IMG/VR virus record: IMGVR_UViG_3300045988_163643
Coordinates: 128,001 to 192,000 of that record
DNA length: 64,000 nt
Direction: 5' to 3' (one strand)
From: a virus
Position 1 is the first letter of the stretch, and the number at the start of each line of letters is the position of its first letter. The notes under the pieces were generated by a model. That model ran no database searches and was not told the DNA's origin. It saw only the letters and a program-made list of their open reading frames with translations. Below, in pieces: positions 27,489-38,700 of the stretch. The position numbers were made by a program, and so were the translations under genes.

Positions 27489-30400
27489 ATGTTATTACCT
27501 AACATTCCTGCAACGACATATATATCTTGGACTGGATTAGTAATAATTGATAAATCAGATAATACACCATACATAGTAAATGATGGTAAATCTTGTATGA
27601 AGTATATATATTGGGATATGAATGATAATCCATATGTATTAAAAGAAAGTAATGAATGGATAAAAGAAACAGCAACTAAAAAAATGATATATATAAATGA
27701 AAATGGTATAGGAACACAAGTTCCCCATGATGATTATGATATTTATTATAATGATACTGGTAATGGAAGTTCTTCTCAATTAACAGGTGAAGCATTAGGT
27801 AAATATAATGAATTAAATGGAAAATATATGACAATAAAAGAAGATGTAGATGGGATTAAACAAGTATTAGGTTCTACTGAAAGTGGTTCAGGTTCTTTAG
27901 TTGAAAGGGTTAATAAAATAGAAAAAACTGCTGAAGAAACTAAAGAAACAATATCCACTGTTGAAAAAAACTTTAGTAATAACAAAGAGTTAGAAGAATT
28001 AAGAAATAATATAAACGTTTCAATGATAAATTTAGGTGAAACATTAGCTCAATATGAAGAATTGATAACAAAAGTATCAGAAGATATGGAGGTTTCATCT
28101 GATGAAAAAATAGATATATCAGCTATACAAAACCAATTACTAGATAATTATACTGTTATGTCACAATATCATCAAGTTTTAATTGAAAGATTAAAAAGTT
28201 CAGAGGAAGATAATACCGATACAATAAATAATTTAAATAAAAATTTAGATGCATTAAATACTTCTATTAATAATTTAAATTCATTAGTTAATGATTCTAT
28301 AAGTGATAATACAATAGTTCCTAGTGAAATTACTACTATGTTAAATGCAATAGCTAATGTGGCTGTAAAAAATACTCAATATAAAAATGCAGTATCAGAT
28401 GCAATATTATTAGGTATAGGTGGTAAATTAGTAGAAAGTATTTTAGACATAAGAAAAACTTCTAATAATTTTAGTCAAACAATATCTAAAATGGAAGAAG
28501 ATATTGATGGTGAAACTGGCTTAAAAGTTTTAGTTCAAAAAAATGCTACTGCAATTAAACAAACTGCTGATAACCTAATATTGAATTATGTTAAGTATAA
28601 TGAAACTACTTCTCAATTAACTATTGGAGATAATGTAATTAAATTAGATGCAGGTAAAGTATTAATGACAGGAACATTAACTTGGGATAGTTTGGACGAT
28701 TCAGCTAAAAAGAACTTAAAAGGTGAAGCAGGTTCTGCTCAATATGTAATGTTAGTTGGAGACCAAATATTTAAATACGATAAAGATGGAAATCCTAATG
28801 TTTCAGCAATAACTTTAAATGTTCAAGTATCCAATATACAAAATCCTGTATTCGACTGGTATTATAGAGATGCTAAAGTATCTAGTGAATGGACAAATAT
28901 ACCTAGCAATTCTAACTTAAGTTCATTTATATTAAAACATGATGACCCAATATGGGGAAATAATTCAAATTCTATCACTATAAAAGTGGTATGTGGTGAC
29001 TACACAGATGAAATGACTATTGTAAAATTACACGATGGTGTAATTGGTGAAGATGCTAAATCAGTATCAATTAATGGTAACCAATTATTTAGATACAAAG
29101 GTGGCTTTACAGAAACTCCAAATCCAACTTCAATTACTTTAACAGCCACTAGAAATAATATATCAGCTGATAAAACTTCAAGATGGTATTATAGGATTTC
29201 TGAAAGCGATGATTGGACTGAAATAACTTCATCAAAAAACGCAAATACTTTAATAGTAAATCATGATAGTTATTTTGGTGATTCAAAAATATTAATGATA
29301 AGATATGAAGTAGAAACTTATTATGATATTATGACATTAGCAAAAATCACTGATGGTGCAGATGGATATGCAGTATTGTTAACTAATGAAAATCATAGTG
29401 TTCCTTGTGATGAAAATGGTAATTATACATTTGAAGCTATAAGTACTGCTTATACCTATGTAAAAGTTTATAAAGGATTATCGGAAGTTACTTCATTTAA
29501 TTTAGAGAGAATAGATGATGGTTGTACTTCTGTTTATAGTAATGGAACAAGAAGATTAGATGTAACTTCATTATCTAAAAATATAGCTACTGTTACATTA
29601 AATATAACAGTAGATGGAAATACCTTCCAAAAAGTAATGACTATAACTAAATCAATTAAGGGAGAAAAAGGTGAAGAGGGTACAGGTGTTAATATAATTG
29701 GTAAACTAGAAAATAAAGACCAATTACCTGCAACTGGTAAACCTGGAGATGCTTATGTTATAGATGGTTTATTATATGTTTGGTTAGAAGAAAATAATGG
29801 TTGGTCAGATGGTGTACCTTTTAGAGGAGAACAAGGTATCCCAGGTAAAAATGGTACTGACGGAAGAACCACTTATTTACATATAAAATACAGTAATGAT
29901 GGTAAAACATTTACAAATAATAATGGAGAAGATACTGGAGATTGGATAGGGCAATATACTGATTACATTGAAACTGATTCAACTAATTTTGCTGATTATA
30001 AATGGAAAAAAATAAAAGGTGAAGATGGAGAAAAAGGTATAGTTGCAAATTTAACTAATGATACTCATATAGTACCTATTGAATCTGATGGTACTTTTGG
30101 AGAAGATTCTTTTAAAGGTTGTTCTACTAAGATAACTTTATCTTATGTTGGACAAGAATTAATCAATGGAGTTTCATATAGTGCTAAACCTAATAGCGAT
30201 ATAGAAGGTACTTTAGATACAAAAACAGGGACTTATACAGTTACAAATTGGACAGGAGAAGCGAAAGGTACTTATGTTGATTTAATAGCTATTTATGATG
30301 GAGTATCATATACAAAAAGATTTACAATTAACAGAGCAAAAAATCCTTTAGATGCGTATACTGTTGTATTAACAAATGAAGCACATATATTTCCTGGTGA

Positions 30401-33400
30401 TATTTCTAATGCTTTAGCAAGTTTTACTACTTGTGATGTCTTAGTATATAGAGGAGACCAATTAGTTAAGGCTACTATTGGAACAATAGAAAACATACCT
30501 AAAGGAATGACAATCACTATTGATAATAACAATACAATTACTCCTACTTTGAATATAAATGTTAATACTAACTTAACTGAAAACGGTGAATTAAGTATAC
30601 CTATTACAGTTGGATTATTAAAGTTTACTAAAACATTTACTTATTCAATATCTTTTAAAGGTATGCAAGGAATTCCAGGTACTCCTGGTAAAGATGGTAA
30701 AGATGGGAATTCAGTAAGAGTATTGGGAAGATATGATAGTAAAGAACAATTAGATTCTACTCATCCTACTGGAAACGAAAATGGTGACGGATATATAATT
30801 GACAAAGATTTATGGGTATGGACAGAAAATCAATTTATAAATGTTGGTCAATTCCAAGGTGAAGATGGTACATCTACATATGTACATATTAGATATTCTA
30901 ATGATGGAGTAACCTTTACTGGCAGTAATGGTGAAGAAGTTGGTACTTGGATGGGTATGTATGTAGATAATATTGAAGAAGATTCAACAGTATTTTCAAA
31001 ATATAAATGGAAAAAAATAGAAGGTTCGGATGCTAAATTATTATCATTATCTGCAAGTAGACAAACAATAGCTTTTAATAGTGATAATACATTAAAAGAT
31101 AATGCTGAAATAGTATTAACTGCTAATCAACAAAATTTTAATGATGTTATAACATGGTCTACAAGTCCTAATGTAGAATTAGGTAGTAGTGGTAATAATA
31201 GAACATTGAATCCAACAATATTTACAAATAATAATCAAATAAAGATAACAGTAACTGGTGGAGGTTTAACTGATAGTATTACAATAGTAAAAGTATTAGA
31301 TGGACAAAAAGGTTCAGATGGTACTTCAGTTAAAATATTAGATTCTTATAATAGTAAAGAAGAATTAGACCAAGCTCATCCTGATGGAAATGAAAATGGT
31401 GACGGATATATAATTGATAAAGATTTATGGGTGTGGAATGGTAATGAATTCATAAACGTTGGTCAAATAAAAGGAAATGATGGACAAAACGGTCAAGATG
31501 GTCTAAACGGTACTTCAGCTTATATACATATAAAATATTCTAATGATGGTGGTGTAACATTTACTAATAATAATGGTGAAGATGCTGGAGATTATATGGG
31601 TGTATATACAGATGAGATTAAAGCAGATAGTACAAATCCTTCTGATTACACTTGGAGTTTGACTAAAGGTAATGATGGTTGGGATGCTTATACTGTCTTG
31701 CTAACAAATGAATCTCATACATTTGCAGGTAATTCATCAACTGCCCTAGTTGGTTCTGCAAACTGTGGTATTATAGGTTATAAAGGTGGTACTCAAGTAG
31801 CTACAACAATAGGCAATATTACAGGAATGCCAAAAGGTATGAGCGTATCAATAACAAATAATAGTACGACAAATGCTTATTTTATAGTTACAGTATCCAA
31901 CAGTATGTCAACAAAAAATGGTACATTAACAATTCCTATTACAATTGATGGGATAACATTTACAAAAAAATTCACTTATGCTTTATCATTAAAAGGTGAA
32001 GATGGTACAGATGGTACTAATGGTTCAGATGCTAAATTATTATCATTATCAGCAAATAGACAAGCAATAGCATTTGATAAAAATAACTCTCCTAAAGATT
32101 CAACTGTTATAACCTTAACTGCTAATCAACAAAATTTTAATGATGTTATAACATGGTCTACAAGTCCTAATGTTACTTTAAATGGTGAAGGAAACACAAG
32201 AACCTTATCAGTTAATAACTTTACTAATAATTTAAAAATATCCATTACTATTAAAGCAGGTGACTTAAGTGATACTATAACATTAGTTAAAGTAATTGAT
32301 GGTGTAGATGGAATAGATGGTTCTGATGGAACTGATGGTGTAGATGGATGTACTATTAACTTAACTAATGATAATCATAGTTTCGTAGCGAATGCAGAAG
32401 GACAAATTGAAATGCAACAAGCTGTTACTACAACAGTTATAGCTTATAAAGGTAGTGAGATTGTAACACCTAGTTTTGGTACAATGCCAACTGTTAATGG
32501 TTTAAAAATCACAAGAGATGGATTAACTATAACAATAGTTGCTTTAGTTGGAAGTACACTTGCTTCAAATGGCTCATTTAATATTCCTGTAATAATTGAT
32601 GGAATAACTTTTAATAAAGCATTTAGTTATAGTAAAGTAAAATGTGGTGATGACGGAGCAGATGGATATACTATAATATTAACTAATGAGAATCATACAT
32701 TTCCTTGTGAAAATAATGGAACTATAGAAACAGCCATTACTACAACAACACAAGTAAAAGTTTATCAAGGTACTAAAGAAATAACGCCTACTATTGGTAC
32801 TTTACCTACTGTAGATGGATTAACATTAAGTAAAAGTGGAACAACTATAACTATTACTGCTACAACAGGTAATAAATTGGCTTCATCTGGTAACTTTAGT
32901 GTTCCGATTATAATTAATGATGTTACTTATTATAAAGTATTTAGTTGGGCGAAAGCATTTAAAGGTAATGCAGGACAAGATGGTAAGGCAGATTTACCAA
33001 CTTGGATTACTGAATGGGATACTGGTAAGACAACAATCAATGGTTCAACTGTATTAACTCCTAAAATCTTTGCAGGTACAGTTAGTAATGGATTGCCAAC
33101 TGGTGTTGCTATGGGTAAAAATGTATTTGGAACTAGTGGTAGTTATAGTGGTGTTAATGGTATAGTTGGATATAAGAGCGGTACTAAAACTTATGAATTC
33201 AACACTAATGGAGAAGTATTGATAGGTAATAAAAATGCTTCACATATTAGTTGGGATGGTAGCAATTTAGAGATAGTAAGTGGTAGTAGTCCAGTTGCCA
33301 GTAAAGCTGATGTTGACAAAGTAAATCAAAAGATTAATGAAATAAAAGAAAATGTAGATGATTATACAATAGTTATAACTAAAGATACAATAGTAACTAA

Positions 33401-33431
33401 ATGTGATATAAATGGAAATATAATAGATTAA
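27489..33431 (+). CDS. giant tail fiber / host-recognition protein (1,980 aa) with collagen-like G-X-Y stretches and repeated Ig-like modules
   Basis: Three copies of a GxxGxxG + ..GDxYxxxxxLWVW.. + Y(L/V/I)HI(K/R)YSNDG..FT..NGE..G module. Duplicated LSLSAxRQxIAF..LTANQQNFNDVITWSTSPNV segments are also present. Confidence 0.6.
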   Translation: MLLPNIPATTYISWTGLVIIDKSDNTPYIVNDGKSCMKYIYWDMNDNPYVLKESNEWIKETATKKMIYINENGIGTQVPHDDYDIYYNDTGNGSSSQLTGEALGKYNELNGKYMTIKEDVDGIKQVLGSTESGSGSLVERVNKIEKTAEETKETISTVEKNFSNNKELEELRNNINVSMINLGETLAQYEELITKVSEDMEVSSDEKIDISAIQNQLLDNYTVMSQYHQVLIERLKSSEEDNTDTINNLNKNLDALNTSINNLNSLVNDSISDNTIVPSEITTMLNAIANVAVKNTQYKNAVSDAILLGIGGKLVESILDIRKTSNNFSQTISKMEEDIDGETGLKVLVQKNATAIKQTADNLILNYVKYNETTSQLTIGDNVIKLDAGKVLMTGTLTWDSLDDSAKKNLKGEAGSAQYVMLVGDQIFKYDKDGNPNVSAITLNVQVSNIQNPVFDWYYRDAKVSSEWTNIPSNSNLSSFILKHDDPIWGNNSNSITIKVVCGDYTDEMTIVKLHDGVIGEDAKSVSINGNQLFRYKGGFTETPNPTSITLTATRNNISADKTSRWYYRISESDDWTEITSSKNANTLIVNHDSYFGDSKILMIRYEVETYYDIMTLAKITDGADGYAVLLTNENHSVPCDENGNYTFEAISTAYTYVKVYKGLSEVTSFNLERIDDGCTSVYSNGTRRLDVTSLSKNIATVTLNITVDGNTFQKVMTITKSIKGEKGEEGTGVNIIGKLENKDQLPATGKPGDAYVIDGLLYVWLEENNGWSDGVPFRGEQGIPGKNGTDGRTTYLHIKYSNDGKTFTNNNGEDTGDWIGQYTDYIETDSTNFADYKWKKIKGEDGEKGIVANLTNDTHIVPIESDGTFGEDSFKGCSTKITLSYVGQELINGVSYSAKPNSDIEGTLDTKTGTYTVTNWTGEAKGTYVDLIAIYDGVSYTKRFTINRAKNPLDAYTVVLTNEAHIFPGDISNALASFTTCDVLVYRGDQLVKATIGTIENIPKGMTITIDNNNTITPTLNINVNTNLTENGELSIPITVGLLKFTKTFTYSISFKGMQGIPGTPGKDGKDGNSVRVLGRYDSKEQLDSTHPTGNENGDGYIIDKDLWVWTENQFINVGQFQGEDGTSTYVHIRYSNDGVTFTGSNGEEVGTWMGMYVDNIEEDSTVFSKYKWKKIEGSDAKLLSLSASRQTIAFNSDNTLKDNAEIVLTANQQNFNDVITWSTSPNVELGSSGNNRTLNPTIFTNNNQIKITVTGGGLTDSITIVKVLDGQKGSDGTSVKILDSYNSKEELDQAHPDGNENGDGYIIDKDLWVWNGNEFINVGQIKGNDGQNGQDGLNGTSAYIHIKYSNDGGVTFTNNNGEDAGDYMGVYTDEIKADSTNPSDYTWSLTKGNDGWDAYTVLLTNESHTFAGNSSTALVGSANCGIIGYKGGTQVATTIGNITGMPKGMSVSITNNSTTNAYFIVTVSNSMSTKNGTLTIPITIDGITFTKKFTYALSLKGEDGTDGTNGSDAKLLSLSANRQAIAFDKNNSPKDSTVITLTANQQNFNDVITWSTSPNVTLNGEGNTRTLSVNNFTNNLKISITIKAGDLSDTITLVKVIDGVDGIDGSDGTDGVDGCTINLTNDNHSFVANAEGQIEMQQAVTTTVIAYKGSEIVTPSFGTMPTVNGLKITRDGLTITIVALVGSTLASNGSFNIPVIIDGITFNKAFSYSKVKCGDDGADGYTIILTNENHTFPCENNGTIETAITTTTQVKVYQGTKEITPTIGTLPTVDGLTLSKSGTTITITATTGNKLASSGNFSVPIIINDVTYYKVFSWAKAFKGNAGQDGKADLPTWITEWDTGKTTINGSTVLTPKIFAGTVSNGLPTGVAMGKNVFGTSGSYSGVNGIVGYKSGTKTYEFNTNGEVLIGNKNASHISWDGSNLEIVSGSSPVASKADVDKVNQKINEIKENVDDYTIVITKDTIVTKCDINGNIID

Positions 33432-33441
33432 GGAAGGTGAT

Positions 33442-35772
33442 ATGATGGCAAATCTTTCAATTATTGGTAGTCCTTCGACTACCAATAATAACCTTATAGT
33501 TAATTATAGTACGGATATTTCAGATATTACTAATATAGAAATTAGTAATAATGGAAGCAATTATATAAGTGCAACAACTTTTTCAAACAGTTCTGCAATT
33601 TTTGACGTATCTAGTTGGAAAAATGGTACTTATAATTCATGTACTTTAAGAGTCACATATGGTAAAACTGGAGAAGAAACACAATTACTTATTAATAATA
33701 TAGGAAACATAACACAAACAGTAGGAAATTCATTTTATATAAAATATTCTACAAATAAAGCAGTAACAAAACATGAAGTTTCATGGGATGGTGGAAGTAC
33801 GTTCTATGATAAAACTAGTGATGTAACTTCTAGTGGCAATAATTATTCTTTTCACCATGATGATAAAAGTAGTGTTGGAACTTATAGAATGGCTATAAGA
33901 GTTACTACTTTAAGTGGAGAAACCGTAACAAGTAATATATTTACATTAACTATAAATTCAGGAATGTCAGTAGATACCTATTATACTGTTAATTATCACT
34001 TACATAACGCTACTAGTTCTAATACAGCCACTTCAATTAAAAAAGGTTCTAGTTACTCTACTACCGTTGCTCCTGAAAGTGGTTATAGAATAACTAAAAT
34101 ATACTGTGTGATGAATGGAGACGATATAAGTGATTCAACAGTTAATGGTAACAATGTTCACATAAATAATGTTACCGGTGAGGTTCATGTTACTGTATAT
34201 ACAGAAGCAATTTCAGGTGGAGATACCGATACTTATTATGCAGTTAAATATCGTTTAAATAATGCTACTAGTTCTAACTCAAATACATCTGTTAAAAAAG
34301 GTTCTAGTTACTCTACTATTATTTCTCCTGAAAATGGTTACACAGTAACTGAAATTTATTGTGTAATGAACGGTATTAATGTAAGCAAGTCAGTTATTAG
34401 TGGTAATAATATTAATATACCTAACGTTACTGGTGAAATTGTTATTTCGGTATATACAAAAACAACTGGTGGAAGTACAGATACTTATTATCCTGTAACT
34501 TATACTCTATTTGAATCAACAAGTACTAATTCAGCTACTTCTATTAAAAAAGGTTCTAGCTATTCTACTACTGTTGCTCCTAAGAGTGGTTATAGAATAA
34601 CTAAAATTTATTGTGTAATGGGTGGTACTGATATAAGTAGTTCAACTGTTAATGGTAATAATATTAGCATACCTAATGTTACAGGTGAAGTTTATATTAC
34701 TGTATATACAGAAGCAATTTCAGGCACTAAGATTTATACAATAACTAGAAATGTAACTAATTGTACATCAACAGGAAGTGATACTTTAGATACTTCAATA
34801 ACTACAACATTCCAAAGTGTAGTTGCACCTAATGATGGATGTGTATTAAAAACTTTAACTGTAAGTATGGGTGGAGTTGACTATACTAATGGTCTTGATG
34901 TTATAACAGATATGGAATGGAATGGAAAACCTGCTAAACTAATAACTATTAAAAACGTAAATGGTAATATAGTTATTAATGCAGTTGCCGAAAAAGAAAC
35001 TAGTAAACCTGACATACCTGATACACCAATTGTAGATGATACTTTAGAAATATTACCTTCATGCACATATATTGATATTGCTGAAGGTGGAAGTAAAACA
35101 ATATACTTTAAATTATCAAATAAACCTATATCAAGTACAACTATAAATATTTCTTCATCATCTTCTTATTTAACACTTTCTACAAGTCAATTAACTTTTA
35201 CTGCTGATAATTATCATATTGCTCAATCTGTAAATGTAACTTCTATTAGTGATAATAATAAAACTGATGACATGTATAATATAACCGTATCAGCAAATGG
35301 CTTAACAAGTAAAACAATAACAGTAGATGTTATAGATAGTGCTAATAGTAATTTTGAAGTGATTTATGACAATGGTACTTTAATTGATGGAGCTTCATTC
35401 TCATTAAGTAATGCAGTCAACAATGGAACTTATATAAGTACTAATCAAAACCAAGATGTTAGTGTTGGTATAAGCAATCATCCATTAAGTTTTAATAAAA
35501 ATGATAAAGTACATGTAGTTTTAGGATTAGGAACAAGTGACCCATCATCAATTTATTCTTTACGTAGTTTAGTTTTAGGCGATGGTTCAGCTAATAATAT
35601 AAGTAATTCTAACATGATTAATGAAGTGCAAATAAATGAAGCGTTATCAAGTGATGGTAAAGTAGATACTTACTGGACAATAGCTGGTAATTTATCAAAT
35701 ATAACTTTAACATTCACATGTTATTTCGCACGAGTTAATATTTATAAAATTTATATAGAAAGAGGGAAATAA
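33442..35772 (+). CDS. tail fiber-like protein built from repeated cassettes (776 aa)
   Basis: Contains three ~80-aa TYY.V.Y.L...(T/S)S(S/T)N...S(I/V)KKGSSYST...P..GY.(I/V)T.IYCVM(N/G)G modules and one module shared with the next gene. Confidence 0.55.
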   Translation: MMANLSIIGSPSTTNNNLIVNYSTDISDITNIEISNNGSNYISATTFSNSSAIFDVSSWKNGTYNSCTLRVTYGKTGEETQLLINNIGNITQTVGNSFYIKYSTNKAVTKHEVSWDGGSTFYDKTSDVTSSGNNYSFHHDDKSSVGTYRMAIRVTTLSGETVTSNIFTLTINSGMSVDTYYTVNYHLHNATSSNTATSIKKGSSYSTTVAPESGYRITKIYCVMNGDDISDSTVNGNNVHINNVTGEVHVTVYTEAISGGDTDTYYAVKYRLNNATSSNSNTSVKKGSSYSTIISPENGYTVTEIYCVMNGINVSKSVISGNNINIPNVTGEIVISVYTKTTGGSTDTYYPVTYTLFESTSTNSATSIKKGSSYSTTVAPKSGYRITKIYCVMGGTDISSSTVNGNNISIPNVTGEVYITVYTEAISGTKIYTITRNVTNCTSTGSDTLDTSITTTFQSVVAPNDGCVLKTLTVSMGGVDYTNGLDVITDMEWNGKPAKLITIKNVNGNIVINAVAEKETSKPDIPDTPIVDDTLEILPSCTYIDIAEGGSKTIYFKLSNKPISSTTINISSSSSYLTLSTSQLTFTADNYHIAQSVNVTSISDNNKTDDMYNITVSANGLTSKTITVDVIDSANSNFEVIYDNGTLIDGASFSLSNAVNNGTYISTNQNQDVSVGISNHPLSFNKNDKVHVVLGLGTSDPSSIYSLRSLVLGDGSANNISNSNMINEVQINEALSSDGKVDTYWTIAGNLSNITLTFTCYFARVNIYKIYIERGK

Positions 35773-35774
35773 GT

Positions 35775-38700
35775 ATGGCGAATACAATAAATTCTACTAA
35801 TAATCTCACATCCACAAAAATACCTGAATTATATATTAGATATTTCAATCCTAAACAAAAAGTTAATGAGACGATAAGTATTAAATATTATGTATCTGAT
35901 AGTACTCAAGCTGAATATTTAAATAAAGATGATAGTAAAACTTTTACAACTATTGTTAAAATAAAAGATAAAACATATAATAAAACTACTAAAGCTGGAG
36001 AATATTCAATAGATATAGGTTCGATTGCTAATACTGGAGAAACTTATTTTAGTATTTATACTATAGATGACAATGGAGTAGCAAGTATTGAACAATTTTT
36101 TGATATACTAATAGTTAATGATTCATACAATCAAGTGAACAATTATAATATGACAACTGCTGATTTATCTACATATAATATTACTGTTGGTGAAACTGCT
36201 AGTATATCACAAGCTAAAGCGAATAATACAGGGTTGAATAACTTATTTAAAGCAGTTAAAAATAATGGTCATAATAAGATTACTATGCTAAATAAAGTTT
36301 ATATGTTAGATTATCATTCTGATAAAGTAGTTTTACCTGACCATTTTACATTAGATATGAATGGAGCAACATTTAAAGCAACTCAATGTAATGATATTAA
36401 CGTATCAAATTTAGTAGATTTAAGAGATTGTTTTGATTCTCATGTTAAAAATGGTAAGTTAATTGGTAACTATGATGGATTTGATTTTGAAGCAACAAAG
36501 ACTAATACAAATTACAATATACCTGGTGAAGGTCTTGCAGTTGCTGAAATCAATGGAGCTAAATATTCTTCATTTGAAAATATGGAAATGGGATATTCAG
36601 TTGGATACAATTTAGGTGTGTTCGGTGGTAAACGAGCTGGATATGTAGGAACTCCTGGTAAATTAGCTTTTCCAAACGCATATTATATAAATGACCAAGG
36701 TAACACAGTTAGTAGTACTACTATGAGTACAACAGAATCAATTGATATTTCAACATTATTAGATAGAGGTGAAATACAATGTAATGTGTACCTAGGTTAT
36801 GGTGGATTGGCTTTAAATAAGGCAGAATTGTTTTTCCATTTTTATGATAGTCAATCTGCATATAAAACAACAATAAAATCAAGACAATATCAAGTAGTTA
36901 AAATACCAAGTGGTACAAAATATTTGAGAATTACTGGTTTTACTTCAACTACAACATCATCAGGTATGACAATATGTCATACAGGTGGTGCTACAAATTG
37001 TGAGTTAATTAATATAAAATCATATAATACAAGAACATGTGCTATGCACCCTGGTATATACAATCATCTATTGATTAAAAATTGTTCATTTAATTATGTT
37101 GCTGATGAGAACGAATACAAAGTAACAAAATTAGCCTTGGATTTTGAAGATGGATATGAGAACGGTAAAAATTTATTTTTCATAAATAATGAAGTTTATA
37201 ACGGAACATCTGCCCTAACAATTCAAAGAGCTTTCAATAGTAATGTTATTAATTGTAGAAACTTTGGATTAGACATTAGAGGGCATATAAAAGGTGGTCT
37301 TTTTAAAAATAATTTCTTTAATGATGGAAGTATTTATACAACTAGTTTTGAATCTCAATCACATATTAAGTTACACAATAATACATTTTTAAAAGTATTG
37401 AAATTTTTAAAATGGGATGATAAGGGAGATTATAGTACAATAGGTTTAACTAAGTTAGACTGTAAACAAAGTTATCAAAATAATTCTAATATCAATGTAA
37501 TAATTGATAAAGCAGTTGAAAGTAGTAATGGAGGAGGAACTACTCCAACTACATTAACTATAAGCAATATTTCAAATATTACACAAACTGCTAACACAGA
37601 ATTCTATATTCAATATTCAACAAATAAAGCAGTAACAAAACATGAGGTATCATGGGATGGTGGAAGCGTGTTTTATGATAAAACTAGTGATGTAACTTCT
37701 AGTGGAACAAGTTATAAGTTTAAACATGATAACTCAGGTAATGCAGGAACTTATAGAATGGCTATAAGAGTTACTACTTCAAGTGGAGAAACCGTAACAA
37801 GTAATGTGTTTACTGTTACTTTAACAGATAATACATCTACTATTTATACAATAACTAATAATTTAACATATTGTACTACAAGTAATAGAGCTCAACATAT
37901 AGATGCCAATACTAAATATTCTGCCACAATAACTGCTAACTCAGGATATACGTTAAGTACAATTACTGTAATTATGGGTGGCTCAGATGTAACAAGTAGT
38001 GTTGTTAATAATAATACTATAACTATAAATTCTGTTACAGGAAACGTAGTTATCACTGCTAAAGCTACTGAACAAAGTACTCCTTCTCAAACCATAGGGA
38101 ATATGACTAATGGAAAAGGCGTAAATCAAAGTACTTATATTATAAATGATAATGCAGATTGTTGGGCGACAATTAATCCAGTAACAGTAGAACAAGGTGC
38201 TACTTACACATTACAAATGGATGCAACATGGGTTTGGTGTTATGCTTATGATGATAATGATAAATTTGTTAAAGAGTTATTCACTAGTACAGGTAACAAT
38301 GATTATAAATATACATTTACTGCACCAACTACTAAAATAAGATATGGCTGTTATGACCCTAATAAGTATTTAACATATTGTAATTTAACTAAAACAAGTA
38401 GTGGAAGTTCAGATACTTACTATACAATTAGATATTATTTACATGATTCTATTAGTTCTAACACAAGTACTTCTATCAAAAAGGGTTCTAGTTATTCTAC
38501 AACTATCACTCCTAAAAATGGTTATAGAGTAAATTCGATATCTTGTATGATGGGTGGTAATGATGTAAGTAATTCAGTTGTTAGTGGTACTGCTGTTAAT
38601 ATACCTAATGTTACAGGTGATGTTTCTATTCTTGCAGATACAGAAGCAATTGGTGATACAAATACTTACTATACAGTTCATTATCATTTATCTGATTCTA

